Positions 29,221-39,546 of a stretch of 64,000 nt of DNA are shown here, piece by piece. A program made the translations under genes and the position numbers. The stretch's first letter is position 1. Each line of letters starts with the position of its first letter. The DNA lies in the IMG/VR virus record IMGVR_UViG_3300030430_004473, positions 11,828-75,827 of that record; one strand, 5' to 3'. This stretch comes from a virus. The notes under the pieces are model-generated. The model saw nothing but the letters and a program-made list of their open reading frames with translations. It was not told the origin of the DNA and did not search any database.

Positions 29221-29491
29221 CATATTATGTTTTACAACGGATGAAATAATAGAAATGAATTGGGAAGCTATAGCTCTCGGTGATAGTAGACAATATTTAT
29301 CTGAAGAAGGGATCAAAGCTCTAGATCCACAAGGATATCATGTATTGAGAAACAAACTAAATTTAGAAGTATGTATCAGAATGGTGTTATTATTGAAAAC
29401 AGAAAATGTATCAGAACCGATAATTGGCATGATCGATATATCACATGAAGATTATGAACGAATTTATCAAGAGGCCATCCAAATACAATGA
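29201..29491 (+). CDS. hypothetical acidic protein
   Basis: ORF overlaps the next start (ATGA). Confidence 0.6.
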   Translation: MAIKDNDILCFTTDEIIEMNWEAIALGDSRQYLSEEGIKALDPQGYHVLRNKLNLEVCIRMVLLLKTENVSEPIIGMIDISHEDYERIYQEAIQIQ

Positions 29492-31146
29492 AGCTTAGAG
29501 ATTTATTTGATTTAACTGATAGTAGCACGATAGTAAATTCGTTTTGGCAATCACGTTTTCAACAGAACAAAATCTATCCTCTAGTTGGGGTAGATATCAT
29601 CTTTGCGAATGGTAAACGAATCCGGATGAGTACGCAATCAGTAACATTGTATGATTCAAATAATTCAGCTGTAGTCTATGAACCGTTATTAATTAACGAA
29701 CCAAATATCAATGAAAGTTATGATTGGAAAGGTGGATCACCGAGTCAAAGATCGTTTACAGTTTCGATAGACGGTAGACGTGTAAATGCTCTGGATATTG
29801 TTTTTGGCGGTAATATGCTAGCTGGCTCAGCTGAATTATCGTTGATTGATGATGATGTGCCTTATGAAAAACGCTTTGTGTTTATGATTGGTGATATGAT
29901 ATCAGGTGTGAGTTTTGGAGCTGATCGAGAAACTGTTGAAGTAACAATATCAGATCCTAAATTGACCGTAGATAAGATTATACCGGAATATATTACAACC
30001 GAAGAAAGTTTGCCCGATCTACCGGAGAATCAACAAAGTCAAAGGTATCCGTTAATATTTAATCGTTGGAATAAAGTGCCGGCTATTATGATCGATATGA
30101 ATATTCTAACGCCAAAATATCTAGTAGCCTATGGTCATGATATCGAAGTGAAAAAAGTTTTTAGAAATGGTACTGGTACAGTTAGCGAAGCCGAAGCTAC
30201 AATGAACGGCCTAATTAGTAATCCTAGTTTGTACCAATGGAAAGTTATATATGAATATGATGAGCTTAGTAGACCTTACACTGGAATAGAGTTTGTAGAT
30301 TCGCCAAATTATATAATAGGAGAAAACACGTTTACAGATTCAGATACAGTATATTGTGATGTAATAAAGAAGAACGATAAATTCACAGTAATAGATTTGG
30401 CAGTGTTCTTATTGTCAAACTATACAGATTTTGGAATTAAGAGTATTGATGAAGTACTGACTAGCAGATCAAAACTGAAAGAACCACAAGGGCTATCTTC
30501 GAACGTTTGTATCAATGGAAGTGGTGATAATGTAACCACAACAATTGAATTCATATCTAGCACTCTTCTCGGTTCGTTTCCTATGATACAATTAGCTTAT
30601 TCAGCTCAAGGGATCGGCTTGGTATTCACTGATAGAAATCCAAAGTATTCAGTTTTAAGTTTGGTATCTGGTCAAAATCTTCTATTTGATCGAGTATCCG
30701 GTTTTACAGAATCAAGTAGAGAAGAAATATATAACAAGTTCACACTTCAGTATGATTATAATGCTATGAACGATAACTATAACAAAACACTTGAACGAAA
30801 TTCCACAAATCACAACCTTTGTAAGTTATCAGAACAGAAGATCGGCCTCAGAGAAATGGAGCCGGTTCTAGCTATAAATGTCTTTGATGATACTACAGCT
30901 CAATATATTATTGATTGGTTATCAAATCATTATACATTTCCTACATATACAGTAGAGTATGAAGGATCGCCAAAACTGTTTTTTCTGTTAAAAGTAGGTG
31001 ATAATATACAGCTATCAGACGAGAAATTAAACATTTCAAATATCAATGGAACAGTAGAAGCTTTATCTTACCAAAGAGGAAAAGTGTCTATCGTATTGAA
31101 ATTATGGATTTTGTTTGATGTTATAAATGGTTATGTGTTAAGATGA
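29488..31146 (+). CDS. tail hub / baseplate (Tal/gpJ-like) protein
   Basis: YPLIF..W..VPA, S.QKIGLRE, LKVGDNIQLS typical of tail-tip hub proteins. Confidence 0.6.
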   Translation: MKLRDLFDLTDSSTIVNSFWQSRFQQNKIYPLVGVDIIFANGKRIRMSTQSVTLYDSNNSAVVYEPLLINEPNINESYDWKGGSPSQRSFTVSIDGRRVNALDIVFGGNMLAGSAELSLIDDDVPYEKRFVFMIGDMISGVSFGADRETVEVTISDPKLTVDKIIPEYITTEESLPDLPENQQSQRYPLIFNRWNKVPAIMIDMNILTPKYLVAYGHDIEVKKVFRNGTGTVSEAEATMNGLISNPSLYQWKVIYEYDELSRPYTGIEFVDSPNYIIGENTFTDSDTVYCDVIKKNDKFTVIDLAVFLLSNYTDFGIKSIDEVLTSRSKLKEPQGLSSNVCINGSGDNVTTTIEFISSTLLGSFPMIQLAYSAQGIGLVFTDRNPKYSVLSLVSGQNLLFDRVSGFTESSREEIYNKFTLQYDYNAMNDNYNKTLERNSTNHNLCKLSEQKIGLREMEPVLAINVFDDTTAQYIIDWLSNHYTFPTYTVEYEGSPKLFFLLKVGDNIQLSDEKLNISNINGTVEALSYQRGKVSIVLKLWILFDVINGYVLR

Positions 31147-31170
31147 TTTTACTCGAATCAGGAGAATATC

Positions 31171-31467
31171 ATGTCAAATCAGAGAGAAATATATAAAACA
31201 CTATTAGCTTCACTTCCTATCAATGAAATCGTTGAGCTTGCTGAAATCCTATCTGAAAAAGGATTTAGCGAAGAAGATACAATTCAACAAGTATCTTTAA
31301 TGATTGACGGAATGTTAGACTTTACGAAGATAATAAAGAAGAATCCGGCAGTAGGCCAAGCCATAGAAGCTATAGATGATAAACTGATAGCAACGATCAT
31401 CAAAATAGCTGTTTCAGTAGCCAAAACAAAGAAGTTATTTGGCAGAAGTGGAAGATTAAGTAGATAA
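31171..31467 (+). CDS. hypothetical protein
   Basis: AGGAG RBS. Confidence 0.65.
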   Translation: MSNQREIYKTLLASLPINEIVELAEILSEKGFSEEDTIQQVSLMIDGMLDFTKIIKKNPAVGQAIEAIDDKLIATIIKIAVSVAKTKKLFGRSGRLSR

Positions 31468-31470
31468 TAA

Positions 31471-32757
31471 ATGGCTGGAAATTTAACAGTAGACCGATCT
31501 TCTGGCTATACAGCTTCGGATCTCAATACTTTTTTTGATAATGCAGTAACTACAATCAATGGGGTATTGCCAAACGGAATTGCTATACAATTTGGTAATG
31601 CGTTCGCTAACATATCAATAGCTGACAATAATAATCTAGTTTCTGTTTTTAGTGCTTCGAGAGTTACAAATAATGATATATCAGCTTCAATCATGACGCC
31701 CGTTGATGTACTGAAAGCAATTAATTATTTAGGAATGAATTTGTCTGAACAAAGCAATTCTACTTGGGTTGTTGGTGGGTTTCCGGTAGATTCATCAACA
31801 GGAATTCAATCGTGGGAAGTACTTGTAGCAAGTCAATCAACCGAAGAAGAAGAGCTAGCAATAACAGAAGAACAACAAGATATGGCTACATTATTTGGCG
31901 AATCTGATATAGATACCGCAAATACAGTTCAATCAATGAACATCATCAATCAGAGTACAAATAAAGCTGAACAATTGAATAGTTTGGGAATCAATGATCG
32001 TTTGTTCCAAACAACAGAAAGCATGACGGCTTTTATTTTGAATAATCCGGCTCAAAATGCAGCTCAAAATGCTACTACTCAAGTGTGGAATACGAACACA
32101 CTACTACAAGGCCAAACAGTAGCAGATAAAGGCCTAGCTGAATTCGGTAGTTTTGTAAATAACTTTTTCAGTATGTTTCAAGTACAACCTCTTTCAAATA
32201 GTGGTGGTGCAACGTGGAATCAAACAGCTTTTTCAGAAGAAACTGTTGACAGTTCGTTATCAGACAAAAGCGATCTTCCTAGATTGACGAGAGAAACGTT
32301 TAATGATGTATCGACAGGAGGCTGGGGACCCGTTCCGAATCCAAGCGTTTCAGCTCTTACTACATTAACAATTGAAACTTTTGAAGATAGTCAAGGAATA
32401 ATCAATAATATCGTTGGTTGGTTTCAGAATCCTAGAAACAATCCGAGACAAGTAACAATCGAAAGCTTTTCAAAAGAATGGCCTGAAGGTAGGTACCCAC
32501 AACGCATTTGTTCAGGATCTAGTTCTGGAGATCTTGAAGAAATAACAGAAAACATCAGTTCTCAAATAACTGGATCAGCTACTACATTTTCTTTGACAAA
32601 CCAATATTCTAGTGGTAGTTTAAGAGTGTATTGGAATGGTCAACGTCAAATAGTAGGCGAAACAATAACAGAATTATCCAATAAGACATTTTCAACGACA
32701 TTTGTTCCTCTAGTAGGACAATACTTGATCGTAGACTATGTACCTTCTGAACAATAA
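31471..32757 (+). CDS. putative virion structural protein
   Basis: Acidic and S/T/N-rich; C-terminal TGSATTFSL...LRVYWNGQRQ...VDY beta-sandwich module. Confidence 0.6.
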   Translation: MAGNLTVDRSSGYTASDLNTFFDNAVTTINGVLPNGIAIQFGNAFANISIADNNNLVSVFSASRVTNNDISASIMTPVDVLKAINYLGMNLSEQSNSTWVVGGFPVDSSTGIQSWEVLVASQSTEEEELAITEEQQDMATLFGESDIDTANTVQSMNIINQSTNKAEQLNSLGINDRLFQTTESMTAFILNNPAQNAAQNATTQVWNTNTLLQGQTVADKGLAEFGSFVNNFFSMFQVQPLSNSGGATWNQTAFSEETVDSSLSDKSDLPRLTRETFNDVSTGGWGPVPNPSVSALTTLTIETFEDSQGIINNIVGWFQNPRNNPRQVTIESFSKEWPEGRYPQRICSGSSSGDLEEITENISSQITGSATTFSLTNQYSSGSLRVYWNGQRQIVGETITELSNKTFSTTFVPLVGQYLIVDYVPSEQ

Positions 32758-32789
32758 TCTTTTATTTTTTTATACTATTTGGAGCGATT

Positions 32790-35294
32790 ATGGCTATACA
32801 ATTTGTTCGCGATCAATTGATTGACGCGATTATTAACCCTAGTAAAATAGATCTAACTACTGGAAACTACGATTTTTCTAGTGTTACATCACTAACTTAT
32901 AAAACCCCTACTACTGACTCTGAAGTAGCTATTAAGAGTTACGTTGATAGTGTTATCAACGGCCTTAACTGGAAAGACACTTGCCGAGCAGCTTCAACAG
33001 CTAACATTACTGGTACTTATGCAAATGGAACGGATGGCGTTGGTGCTACTCTTACAGTTACAAACTCCGGAATTACACAAGATGGCGTTACACTTCGAGC
33101 AAATGATCGTATACTGTTGAAAAATCAGACAACAGATCCAGCTGAAAACGGTATTTATCAGCTTTCAACAGACGGAAACGCATTAGGAGCTTCAGTTGAA
33201 GTAACTATAGCAAATGCAAGTAACATTACAAGTGGTGTAAAAGGAAAAGTACTTGTCGATCTAGTAAACAACGGAAATCTAGTCAATAACGTATCAAATC
33301 TTGTTATTGATGATTTTACTGGAACATCACACACATTTACATTTGGAGATGGCGTTGGTAATGTAGCAATAGGTGCTAGTGCAGCTGACACAATGACGAA
33401 TCTAACAAATGCTATAGAAGCTCAAAATCCTAGAAAATTTCAAATAGATCAGAGTGGATCTCAAAGATTTATATATTTAGCGGATGCAGGAGCTTCTAGT
33501 GATAATCCTCAAATAGCTAGTAATGCTATGACAGCTTTTGAATTAGGTGCTCAAACTACTTCACCTCAATCATTTACTACCGGTAGTAGTGGCGATAAGA
33601 TTACATTCACAAAGGCTGATGATAGTACAGTAATAATGGAAGCTGTATTGAGTACCCCAGGCCGAATTGGTAATCAATTTGAAAAAACAGCTACTTCAGT
33701 AAATCAAGAAGTATCTTTATCTTTGCGAGATTCTTTAGTAGGTAATCCCGATCTTGACGCTAGAATAGACAATGTAGATCCTGATAAAGTTATTGTATCG
33801 TTAGTAACTACCGGAACCGGTGGAAACGGAAAAGCAGTTACTTATTCACTTAGTAATGCCGGATGTATAACTGGAGGCTCCACATTTGAAAACGGTCAAG
33901 CTGTAACTAACTCAGTACTAACTAGAACGACAGATTTTGATATTGGTTCTGAAATGGCTAGTGCAGCTGTGTTTATCGAAGAAGGTACAACAAATGGAGA
34001 TAACGGGTTTACATTAACTACAAATCAACCTATTCAAGTTGGTTTCACAAGTCTAACATTTGTTCAGTTCAATGGTGCCGGTCAAATAACAGCTGGAGCC
34101 GGTCTTTCAAAGTCTGGAAATACGTTATCGGTTAATGTTGATGATAATACTCTTGAAATTAATGGCGATACTTTAAGAATCAAATCAAGTGCAGCTGGAA
34201 ATGGTTTGACAGGTGGTGGGCCTTTAGCATTATCAGTTCAAAATGATGGGACTACAATTACTGTAGGGGCCGGTGGTATTAAGGTTTCAGACAATGGCAT
34301 AACTGAAAATCAATTAGCTGGTTCTGTAGCCGGTGACGGTCTTAGTGGTGGAGGCGGTTCAGCTCTTGCTTTGGATATTGCAGAATTAACATCAGAAGTA
34401 ATAGCTAGTGGTGACTTCCTTGCGTTTGCGGATGATAGTGCTGGTGGAAAGCCTACGAAGAAAGAAACAGTAGACGATTTGGCAGCTTTATTTGCCGGTA
34501 CTGGACTTGCAGCTGCTTCAGCAGTGTTATCGTTAGATATTAACAGTTTAACCGGTGCAGCTATACAAGGTGTTGATGAAATCGTATTTTCAGACACAAG
34601 TGATTCTAACAACATAAGAAAAGAAACAATCACTGATTTAGCTGCTTTCTTTGCTGGGACTGGTCTAGGATCTTCTAACGGTGTTCTAGCCTTAGATATT
34701 GCTAACATGACAGCTGCTACAATAGCTTCCGGTGACTTTATAACATTTTCTGATACAGGTTCTTCTGACGCTATAAGAAAAGAAAGTATTGATGATATTG
34801 CTAGTTTGTTTGCTGGAAATGGTTTGAGTGCTAGTTCAGCTGTAATGGCTCTAGATCTCAATGAATTAACAGCTGCAACAGTAAACGTAGCCAATGATAG
34901 CATAGCGATTATAGACGCTGATGATTCTAACAGTACAAAGAAAGAATCTATTTCCGATCTTGTAAGTGCTATAGCTGGTACAGGTTTATCAGAAACTAGT
35001 GGTGTGTTAAATGTTGGTTCTCTCTCATTTTCTGAATTGGCATTTAGACCTTACATAGATAATTTTACAGCGAACGGTTCTACTCTTGCATTTGCTCTAA
35101 CAAATGATATCAATTCAGCTACTTGGGTGTTTGGAGCTGTTGTATCTAGGAATGGTCAAATCTTGAAACGTGTAGCAGCTTCACCAGCTGATTCTAGTGA
35201 ATATACTATCGCTTCTAGTGGTGGTACTACAACCGTAACACTAGGAGCTAACCCAGCTAACGGTGAATTGATTCAAGTGAATTATTTCGCTTAG
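32790..35294 (+). CDS. tail fibre protein with internal repeats
   Basis: AIKSYVD, DRILLKNQT..AENGIY, FIEEGTTN, AGAGLSKSGNTLSV, four ~54-aa repeats and a C-terminal module. Confidence 0.75.
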   Translation: MAIQFVRDQLIDAIINPSKIDLTTGNYDFSSVTSLTYKTPTTDSEVAIKSYVDSVINGLNWKDTCRAASTANITGTYANGTDGVGATLTVTNSGITQDGVTLRANDRILLKNQTTDPAENGIYQLSTDGNALGASVEVTIANASNITSGVKGKVLVDLVNNGNLVNNVSNLVIDDFTGTSHTFTFGDGVGNVAIGASAADTMTNLTNAIEAQNPRKFQIDQSGSQRFIYLADAGASSDNPQIASNAMTAFELGAQTTSPQSFTTGSSGDKITFTKADDSTVIMEAVLSTPGRIGNQFEKTATSVNQEVSLSLRDSLVGNPDLDARIDNVDPDKVIVSLVTTGTGGNGKAVTYSLSNAGCITGGSTFENGQAVTNSVLTRTTDFDIGSEMASAAVFIEEGTTNGDNGFTLTTNQPIQVGFTSLTFVQFNGAGQITAGAGLSKSGNTLSVNVDDNTLEINGDTLRIKSSAAGNGLTGGGPLALSVQNDGTTITVGAGGIKVSDNGITENQLAGSVAGDGLSGGGGSALALDIAELTSEVIASGDFLAFADDSAGGKPTKKETVDDLAALFAGTGLAAASAVLSLDINSLTGAAIQGVDEIVFSDTSDSNNIRKETITDLAAFFAGTGLGSSNGVLALDIANMTAATIASGDFITFSDTGSSDAIRKESIDDIASLFAGNGLSASSAVMALDLNELTAATVNVANDSIAIIDADDSNSTKKESISDLVSAIAGTGLSETSGVLNVGSLSFSELAFRPYIDNFTANGSTLAFALTNDINSATWVFGAVVSRNGQILKRVAASPADSSEYTIASSGGTTTVTLGANPANGELIQVNYFA
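34328..34990 (+). repeat. four ~54-aa tandem protein repeats (AGxGL...LxLD...D.I.F.D...KE.I.DL)
   Basis: Visible in the translation of 32790..35294. Confidence 0.8.
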
Positions 35295-35356
35295 TAAATA
35301 ATTAAAAGAATTTCTTCGGGTTGGAGAATTAATAATAATACAATTTATTGTATTCC

Positions 35357-35401
35357 GCTCCTTTCTATGTTATACAAAATGATATAGAAAGGAGCTTTTT
35401 T
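35357..35401 (+). terminator. terminator hairpin that also occludes the downstream RBS
   Basis: GCTCCTTTCTATGT/ATATAGAAAGGAGC 14-bp stem plus T6, immediately before the ATG at 35402. Confidence 0.7.
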
Positions 35402-35773
35402 ATGTTTGTGATTTATATTAAATTGAATGGTGCCAAAGAAATAGCACCGGTGCCTTGCAAAGCGATATTTGAAAGTGCGATACTGGGATCTGATTATATG
35501 GAGCTACATGGTGTTGATGAAAGAATCAAAGATAATATCTTGCCAAAGGCCACGATCAAAGTCATGACGATACGCAAAGCTCATATTGAGTCAATCGTAT
35601 CTTTCAATGCTTACAAAGAAGATGTTAGAAAAGATATTGTTGAACCAAAAGAAGAACCAAAGACAGAAAAACCACCGCCAAAGAAAGAAGTAGTGAAGAA
35701 GAAAGAAGAACCAAAGACAAAACGCAAGTATGTTCGAAGTGGTAAGTATTCAAAGAAGAACAAAGTGAAATAA
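35402..35773 (+). CDS. hypothetical protein with Lys/Glu/Pro-rich tail
   Basis: AAAGGAG RBS before MFVIYI. Confidence 0.65.
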   Translation: MFVIYIKLNGAKEIAPVPCKAIFESAILGSDYMELHGVDERIKDNILPKATIKVMTIRKAHIESIVSFNAYKEDVRKDIVEPKEEPKTEKPPPKKEVVKKKEEPKTKRKYVRSGKYSKKNKVK

Positions 35774-35777
35774 TCGA

Positions 35778-36116
35778 ATGACATTTGATGAATACGACCG
35801 AGAAGCTGAAAAAACAGCTAACTATCCTAGAGTGAACAACATAGGCCTTTGCTATGTATTTTTGGGCTTGGTTGAAGAAGCTGGTGAATGTTCTGGAAAA
35901 ATCAAAAAGATAATTCGTGATGAAGAAAGTATAGAAGTAGGAATACAGAAAAAGAAATATGATATCATCAAAGAGCTTGGTGATGTTCTATGGTACGTTT
36001 CAGCATGTGCTAGAGAAATCGGAACAGATCTAGAAACGATAGCCAAAGAAAATAATAAGAAGTTACAAAGTAGATATGAACGTGGTACGATAAAAGGAAG
36101 TGGTGACAACCGATAG
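35778..36116 (+). CDS. MazG-like nucleotide pyrophosphohydrolase
   Basis: LGLVEEAGE, KELGDVLWYV, N.KKL.SR..RG.I.GSGDNR. Confidence 0.9.
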   Translation: MTFDEYDREAEKTANYPRVNNIGLCYVFLGLVEEAGECSGKIKKIIRDEESIEVGIQKKKYDIIKELGDVLWYVSACAREIGTDLETIAKENNKKLQSRYERGTIKGSGDNR

Positions 36117-36126
36117 GAGAATAGAC

Positions 36127-36381
36127 ATGTCAAATGAATTAAATTGGTTTCATATCAGACGTTGGAACAAAAATAGAGCAGTTAGAAAACATCAGTTTGA
36201 AATGGCAAAAAGAAATCCTTCAGAAACTGACGATCAAATCATCCGAGCAATAGCTCAGAACAATGTCACAATTACAAGAAAGGATACAGAAGATGAAAAC
36301 AGGAAACAAGATCATAACGAAAGTTCTACCGAAACCGCTACACTGGACTCTACACAACATGATAGCTCATCCAACGAGTGA
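36127..36381 (+). CDS. hypothetical protein
   Basis: AGGAG RBS before MSNELN. Confidence 0.5.
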   Translation: MSNELNWFHIRRWNKNRAVRKHQFEMAKRNPSETDDQIIRAIAQNNVTITRKDTEDENRKQDHNESSTETATLDSTQHDSSSNE

Positions 36382-36508
36382 AATATTTTGGTTAGGTGGT
36401 TATGTATTACTTAAAAAGTTTGATCGTGGATCGAGTTTGATTAGGTTCGGTAATCTGATTCATGATATTACAATACCATATCATCAACGTGGTGAAGGGA
36501 GAGGATAA
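36293..36508 (+). CDS. hypothetical protein
   Basis: WTLHNMIAHP.SE...HD.TIP motif. Confidence 0.55.
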   Translation: MKTGNKIITKVLPKPLHWTLHNMIAHPTSEIFWLGGYVLLKKFDRGSSLIRFGNLIHDITIPYHQRGEGRG

Positions 36509-38004
36509 TGTCAAAGAGCAATTGGAGCGGAGGATCTGGCTGGGGAGCTATAAACGATCCGACAGGGCTATTAACCGGTAGAGTGCTAGTCACTACAGCT
36601 GGTCAAAGTCAGTATGCAGAAGATTATTTGTTTACACTGGCAGGAACAACAACAAATTTCACTGATGTTCATTATGCAGTAACTATGAATTATGCGTTTC
36701 CTACATACGTCAGTGCTACTACGTTTAATGGAGCTTCATTGGGTATTATTAGCCGAGCTTCAGCTCTGACTACTACGGCCCCTACAACAGCTGAATCTTG
36801 TTATATTGGTCGAATATCGCCAAAAGATGGGGTTGCTGAAATAGTTAGAAGAGTGTCTGGTGTTGATACTGTGTTAGCTAGTTCTACTCTTTCAAATGAT
36901 ACATATACTTATGGTGTATTGCATACTATGAGATTGAATACATTTGGAACAAATCCCGTAACGATTCAATTCTTAGTAGATGATGAAGTGTTAGTTAATG
37001 CTGGAGATTCTTCGGTTTCAGCTTTGGTTACTGGATATGCTGGTATTCAAATGCAAGGTGGGACCGCTTATGTAGATAACTTCACGATATTCCAATATAC
37101 TTCATCCGGAACAGGAGCTTATACTGGCCTATATCCAAACAGTTTCTATGACACAGCTGTAGATCTAACATCTACATTTCTCATTCTATGGTTAAGAGGT
37201 GATGTAGGTTTAACAAAGACTGGAGATTTTGTAGATTCGTGGGCAGATTCTTCACAAACTCGATTGGGTTCAAGTTATTCATTAACTCAAACCGGTAGTA
37301 ATAGACCGGAATCGCCCACATCAGCTACGTTGAATAGTTTGGCTTATGTTCGTTTTGATCGATCAAAGAATAATTTTCTACAAGGAGCTATCAATTCTGG
37401 ATTCGATATATTCAATTCGGGATTTAATCTAGGCGTAGCTATGTTTGCAGTAATTAGATTTTGGGAAAATAATGGTATAGTTGGAGATGGCAGATCTGTT
37501 TCAGATCCTGATGATACTGTAGCTCCACTTGGTAATTACGGAAGAGGATATCAATTTGAAGCTGTGAATTCTATTTTAAGTAGTACAACACACGACAGAG
37601 ATGGAAGATTTTTCAACAATAGTGCGGCTCAAGTAAAGGGGCCGGCCTTTGTAATGCAGAATTGGGGAATACTAGAAATCATATCTTTTGGCACTATAAC
37701 AAATAGAGCAGCTGTTTATTTTAATGGATCAATAGTGGGAACAGTACTATCTGATAGACCGTTGAATTCAGATTTATCAGATCCAGGCTTATTGTTTATG
37801 CTAGGTAGAAGAGTGTTTACTGAAACAGCTCCGGATTATCTATATGGATCATTTGATCTAGCAGAATATTTATTGGTTCAAGTTGGTTCTGGTGGCATGA
37901 CAGATACGATTCGCCAAAAGACAGAAGGATATCTAGCTTGGAAGTGGAATTTAGAGGCCTTACTTCCTTCTAGTCACCCTTTTAAGACTTCACCACCAAC
38001 ATAA
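36508..38004 (+). CDS. virion accessory protein with LamG/concanavalin-like domains
   Basis: LWLRGD..WADSS, G.FDLAEYL, EGYLAWKW.L...LPSSHPFK. Confidence 0.65.
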   Translation: MSKSNWSGGSGWGAINDPTGLLTGRVLVTTAGQSQYAEDYLFTLAGTTTNFTDVHYAVTMNYAFPTYVSATTFNGASLGIISRASALTTTAPTTAESCYIGRISPKDGVAEIVRRVSGVDTVLASSTLSNDTYTYGVLHTMRLNTFGTNPVTIQFLVDDEVLVNAGDSSVSALVTGYAGIQMQGGTAYVDNFTIFQYTSSGTGAYTGLYPNSFYDTAVDLTSTFLILWLRGDVGLTKTGDFVDSWADSSQTRLGSSYSLTQTGSNRPESPTSATLNSLAYVRFDRSKNNFLQGAINSGFDIFNSGFNLGVAMFAVIRFWENNGIVGDGRSVSDPDDTVAPLGNYGRGYQFEAVNSILSSTTHDRDGRFFNNSAAQVKGPAFVMQNWGILEIISFGTITNRAAVYFNGSIVGTVLSDRPLNSDLSDPGLLFMLGRRVFTETAPDYLYGSFDLAEYLLVQVGSGGMTDTIRQKTEGYLAWKWNLEALLPSSHPFKTSPPT

Positions 38005-38013
38005 TACTACAAA

Positions 38014-38042
38014 TTGACATATAGATCATTTTGTGTTATTAT
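38014..38042 (+). promoter_or_regulatory. sigma70 promoter with operator-like site upstream of an HTH gene
   Basis: TTGACA-17-TATTAT; TAGATCATTTTGTGTTA at 38022-38038. Confidence 0.7.
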
Positions 38043-38067
38043 TGAATATATACCAAAGGAGATCAAC

Positions 38068-38361
38068 ATGTTTGGAAAATACGCAACCAAAGGGATTGAC
38101 ATGCCACGTCAAGCTCTGTTCCGAGATTTAAGAGCTACATATATGGCTCAAACTGGTCATAATAATACAGAAACAGCGATGTTTCTTGAAATGAGTCCTC
38201 AATCTTGTAGTACGTTAGCGAGTGGTTCTGACAAACGTCAACCTCCGTGGTATGCAGTGATGAGATTGGTGGAATTTCTAGGATTGGAGCTTGTTCTTCA
38301 GGCCGACACTATTTTCATCAGAAAAATAATCAAAGAAGAACAAAGTGAAATAAAATCATAA
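38068..38361 (+). CDS. XRE-family HTH regulator (repressor candidate)
   Basis: NTETAMFLEMSPQSCSTLASG...P...LGLELVL. Confidence 0.65.
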   Translation: MFGKYATKGIDMPRQALFRDLRATYMAQTGHNNTETAMFLEMSPQSCSTLASGSDKRQPPWYAVMRLVEFLGLELVLQADTIFIRKIIKEEQSEIKS

Positions 38362-38420
38362 AAAGTTTCACAGAGTAATACGTTTTGTGATATAATGATT
38401 TTACTACAACGGAGGTAAAA

Positions 38421-38732
38421 ATGATTTATATAATCGTCACGACAGACATGCTTGATATGAACATGTATGTCACTTGTTACTCTACCAAAAAAGAGTTTGA
38501 AATACATAAAGCTCTAGCTGAAGAGCTTGAACGCAAAGATCAGCTATATGAAGGTGGTAATGGTTCAATAAGACATGATTTTCACGAAGTACCTTTGCTA
38601 GGTAAGTCTCTAAAAAAGATTGCCCTTTCTATAACAAAAGCTTGTCATGGTGATACGATCAGTGACGTTATTGATCAGATTGATGAACTAGATACAGAGG
38701 AAAATAACAACAACGGAGAAGATAATGACTAG
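38421..38732 (+). CDS. hypothetical protein
   Basis: ACAACGGAGG leader; operator at 38376-38392. Confidence 0.7.
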   Translation: MIYIIVTTDMLDMNMYVTCYSTKKEFEIHKALAEELERKDQLYEGGNGSIRHDFHEVPLLGKSLKKIALSITKACHGDTISDVIDQIDELDTEENNNNGEDND

Positions 38733-39330
38733 AAAATATAGAAAACATATAAATTATAACAAAAAATATATCGTAAATAGACAAGTGTTAAAAGCATTGA
38801 GAAAGAAACACTTTGCAACGCAAACGAAGTTTGTAGAACATGTGAATTCAATCAACAAAGATGATCCTACGAAATCGGATTTTGTTATTTCATTATCTCA
38901 CTACAAGCAAATAGAGAGCAAAGACCAAAAACTCGTCAAAGATACTGTATTAGAAGTATTTGCAAAAGTGTTTGGTTGTACTGTTGAAAATCTTATATAT
39001 TCTGGTCCGGAAGAAAATAAGACATTCGATATAGTAGAGCAAGCTGTTCAAAGTGTTGTAGACACTGAAAATCATATTGTTGGTACTTGGCTAGAAACAC
39101 TGGTTGATAAAGTGCTTCGATTAGAAGAACGTATTGAGAAACAAACGAAGCTGATCGAGAAACAGAATAGCGAAATACAACGATTAAACACAAATATAAA
39201 TATTGTTATGAATCGTGAAAGAACAGCTATGAAGAAGTCTGATGATAAAGAAGTGATATCAATACCGAAAGAAGATATCATTATGTATCTATTGAAAAAT
39301 AACATGATAAACATAACGCATACCTCATAA
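38725..39330 (+). CDS. XRE-like HTH protein with coiled-coil C-terminus
   Basis: LKALRKKH..TQ...ISLSHYKQIES...FAKVFGCTVENL. Confidence 0.7.
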   Translation: MTRKYRKHINYNKKYIVNRQVLKALRKKHFATQTKFVEHVNSINKDDPTKSDFVISLSHYKQIESKDQKLVKDTVLEVFAKVFGCTVENLIYSGPEENKTFDIVEQAVQSVVDTENHIVGTWLETLVDKVLRLEERIEKQTKLIEKQNSEIQRLNTNINIVMNRERTAMKKSDDKEVISIPKEDIIMYLLKNNMINITHTS

Positions 39331-39370
39331 TGTGTTATAATAATTAAGAATCTTAAATACGGAGATAAAA

Positions 39371-39544
39371 ATGAAAAGTCAATCTAAGATAAACCGGCTT
39401 ATGGCATTAGGTCAAGTGTATGACGATAAAGTCAAAAGCAGCTCTTTGTATCCTAGTGGAATACAAAACGCTAGAAGAAAAATATCAGAAGCTGAATATA
39501 AAAAGAAGAAAGCAAAAAGAAAGAACAAAAAGAATAGGAGATAA
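39371..39544 (+). CDS. 57-aa basic microprotein (not in the ORF track)
   Basis: TACGGAG RBS, open frame, Lys/Arg-rich C-terminus. Confidence 0.55.
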   Translation: MKSQSKINRLMALGQVYDDKVKSSSLYPSGIQNARRKISEAEYKKKKAKRKNKKNRR

Positions 39545-39546
39545 TC

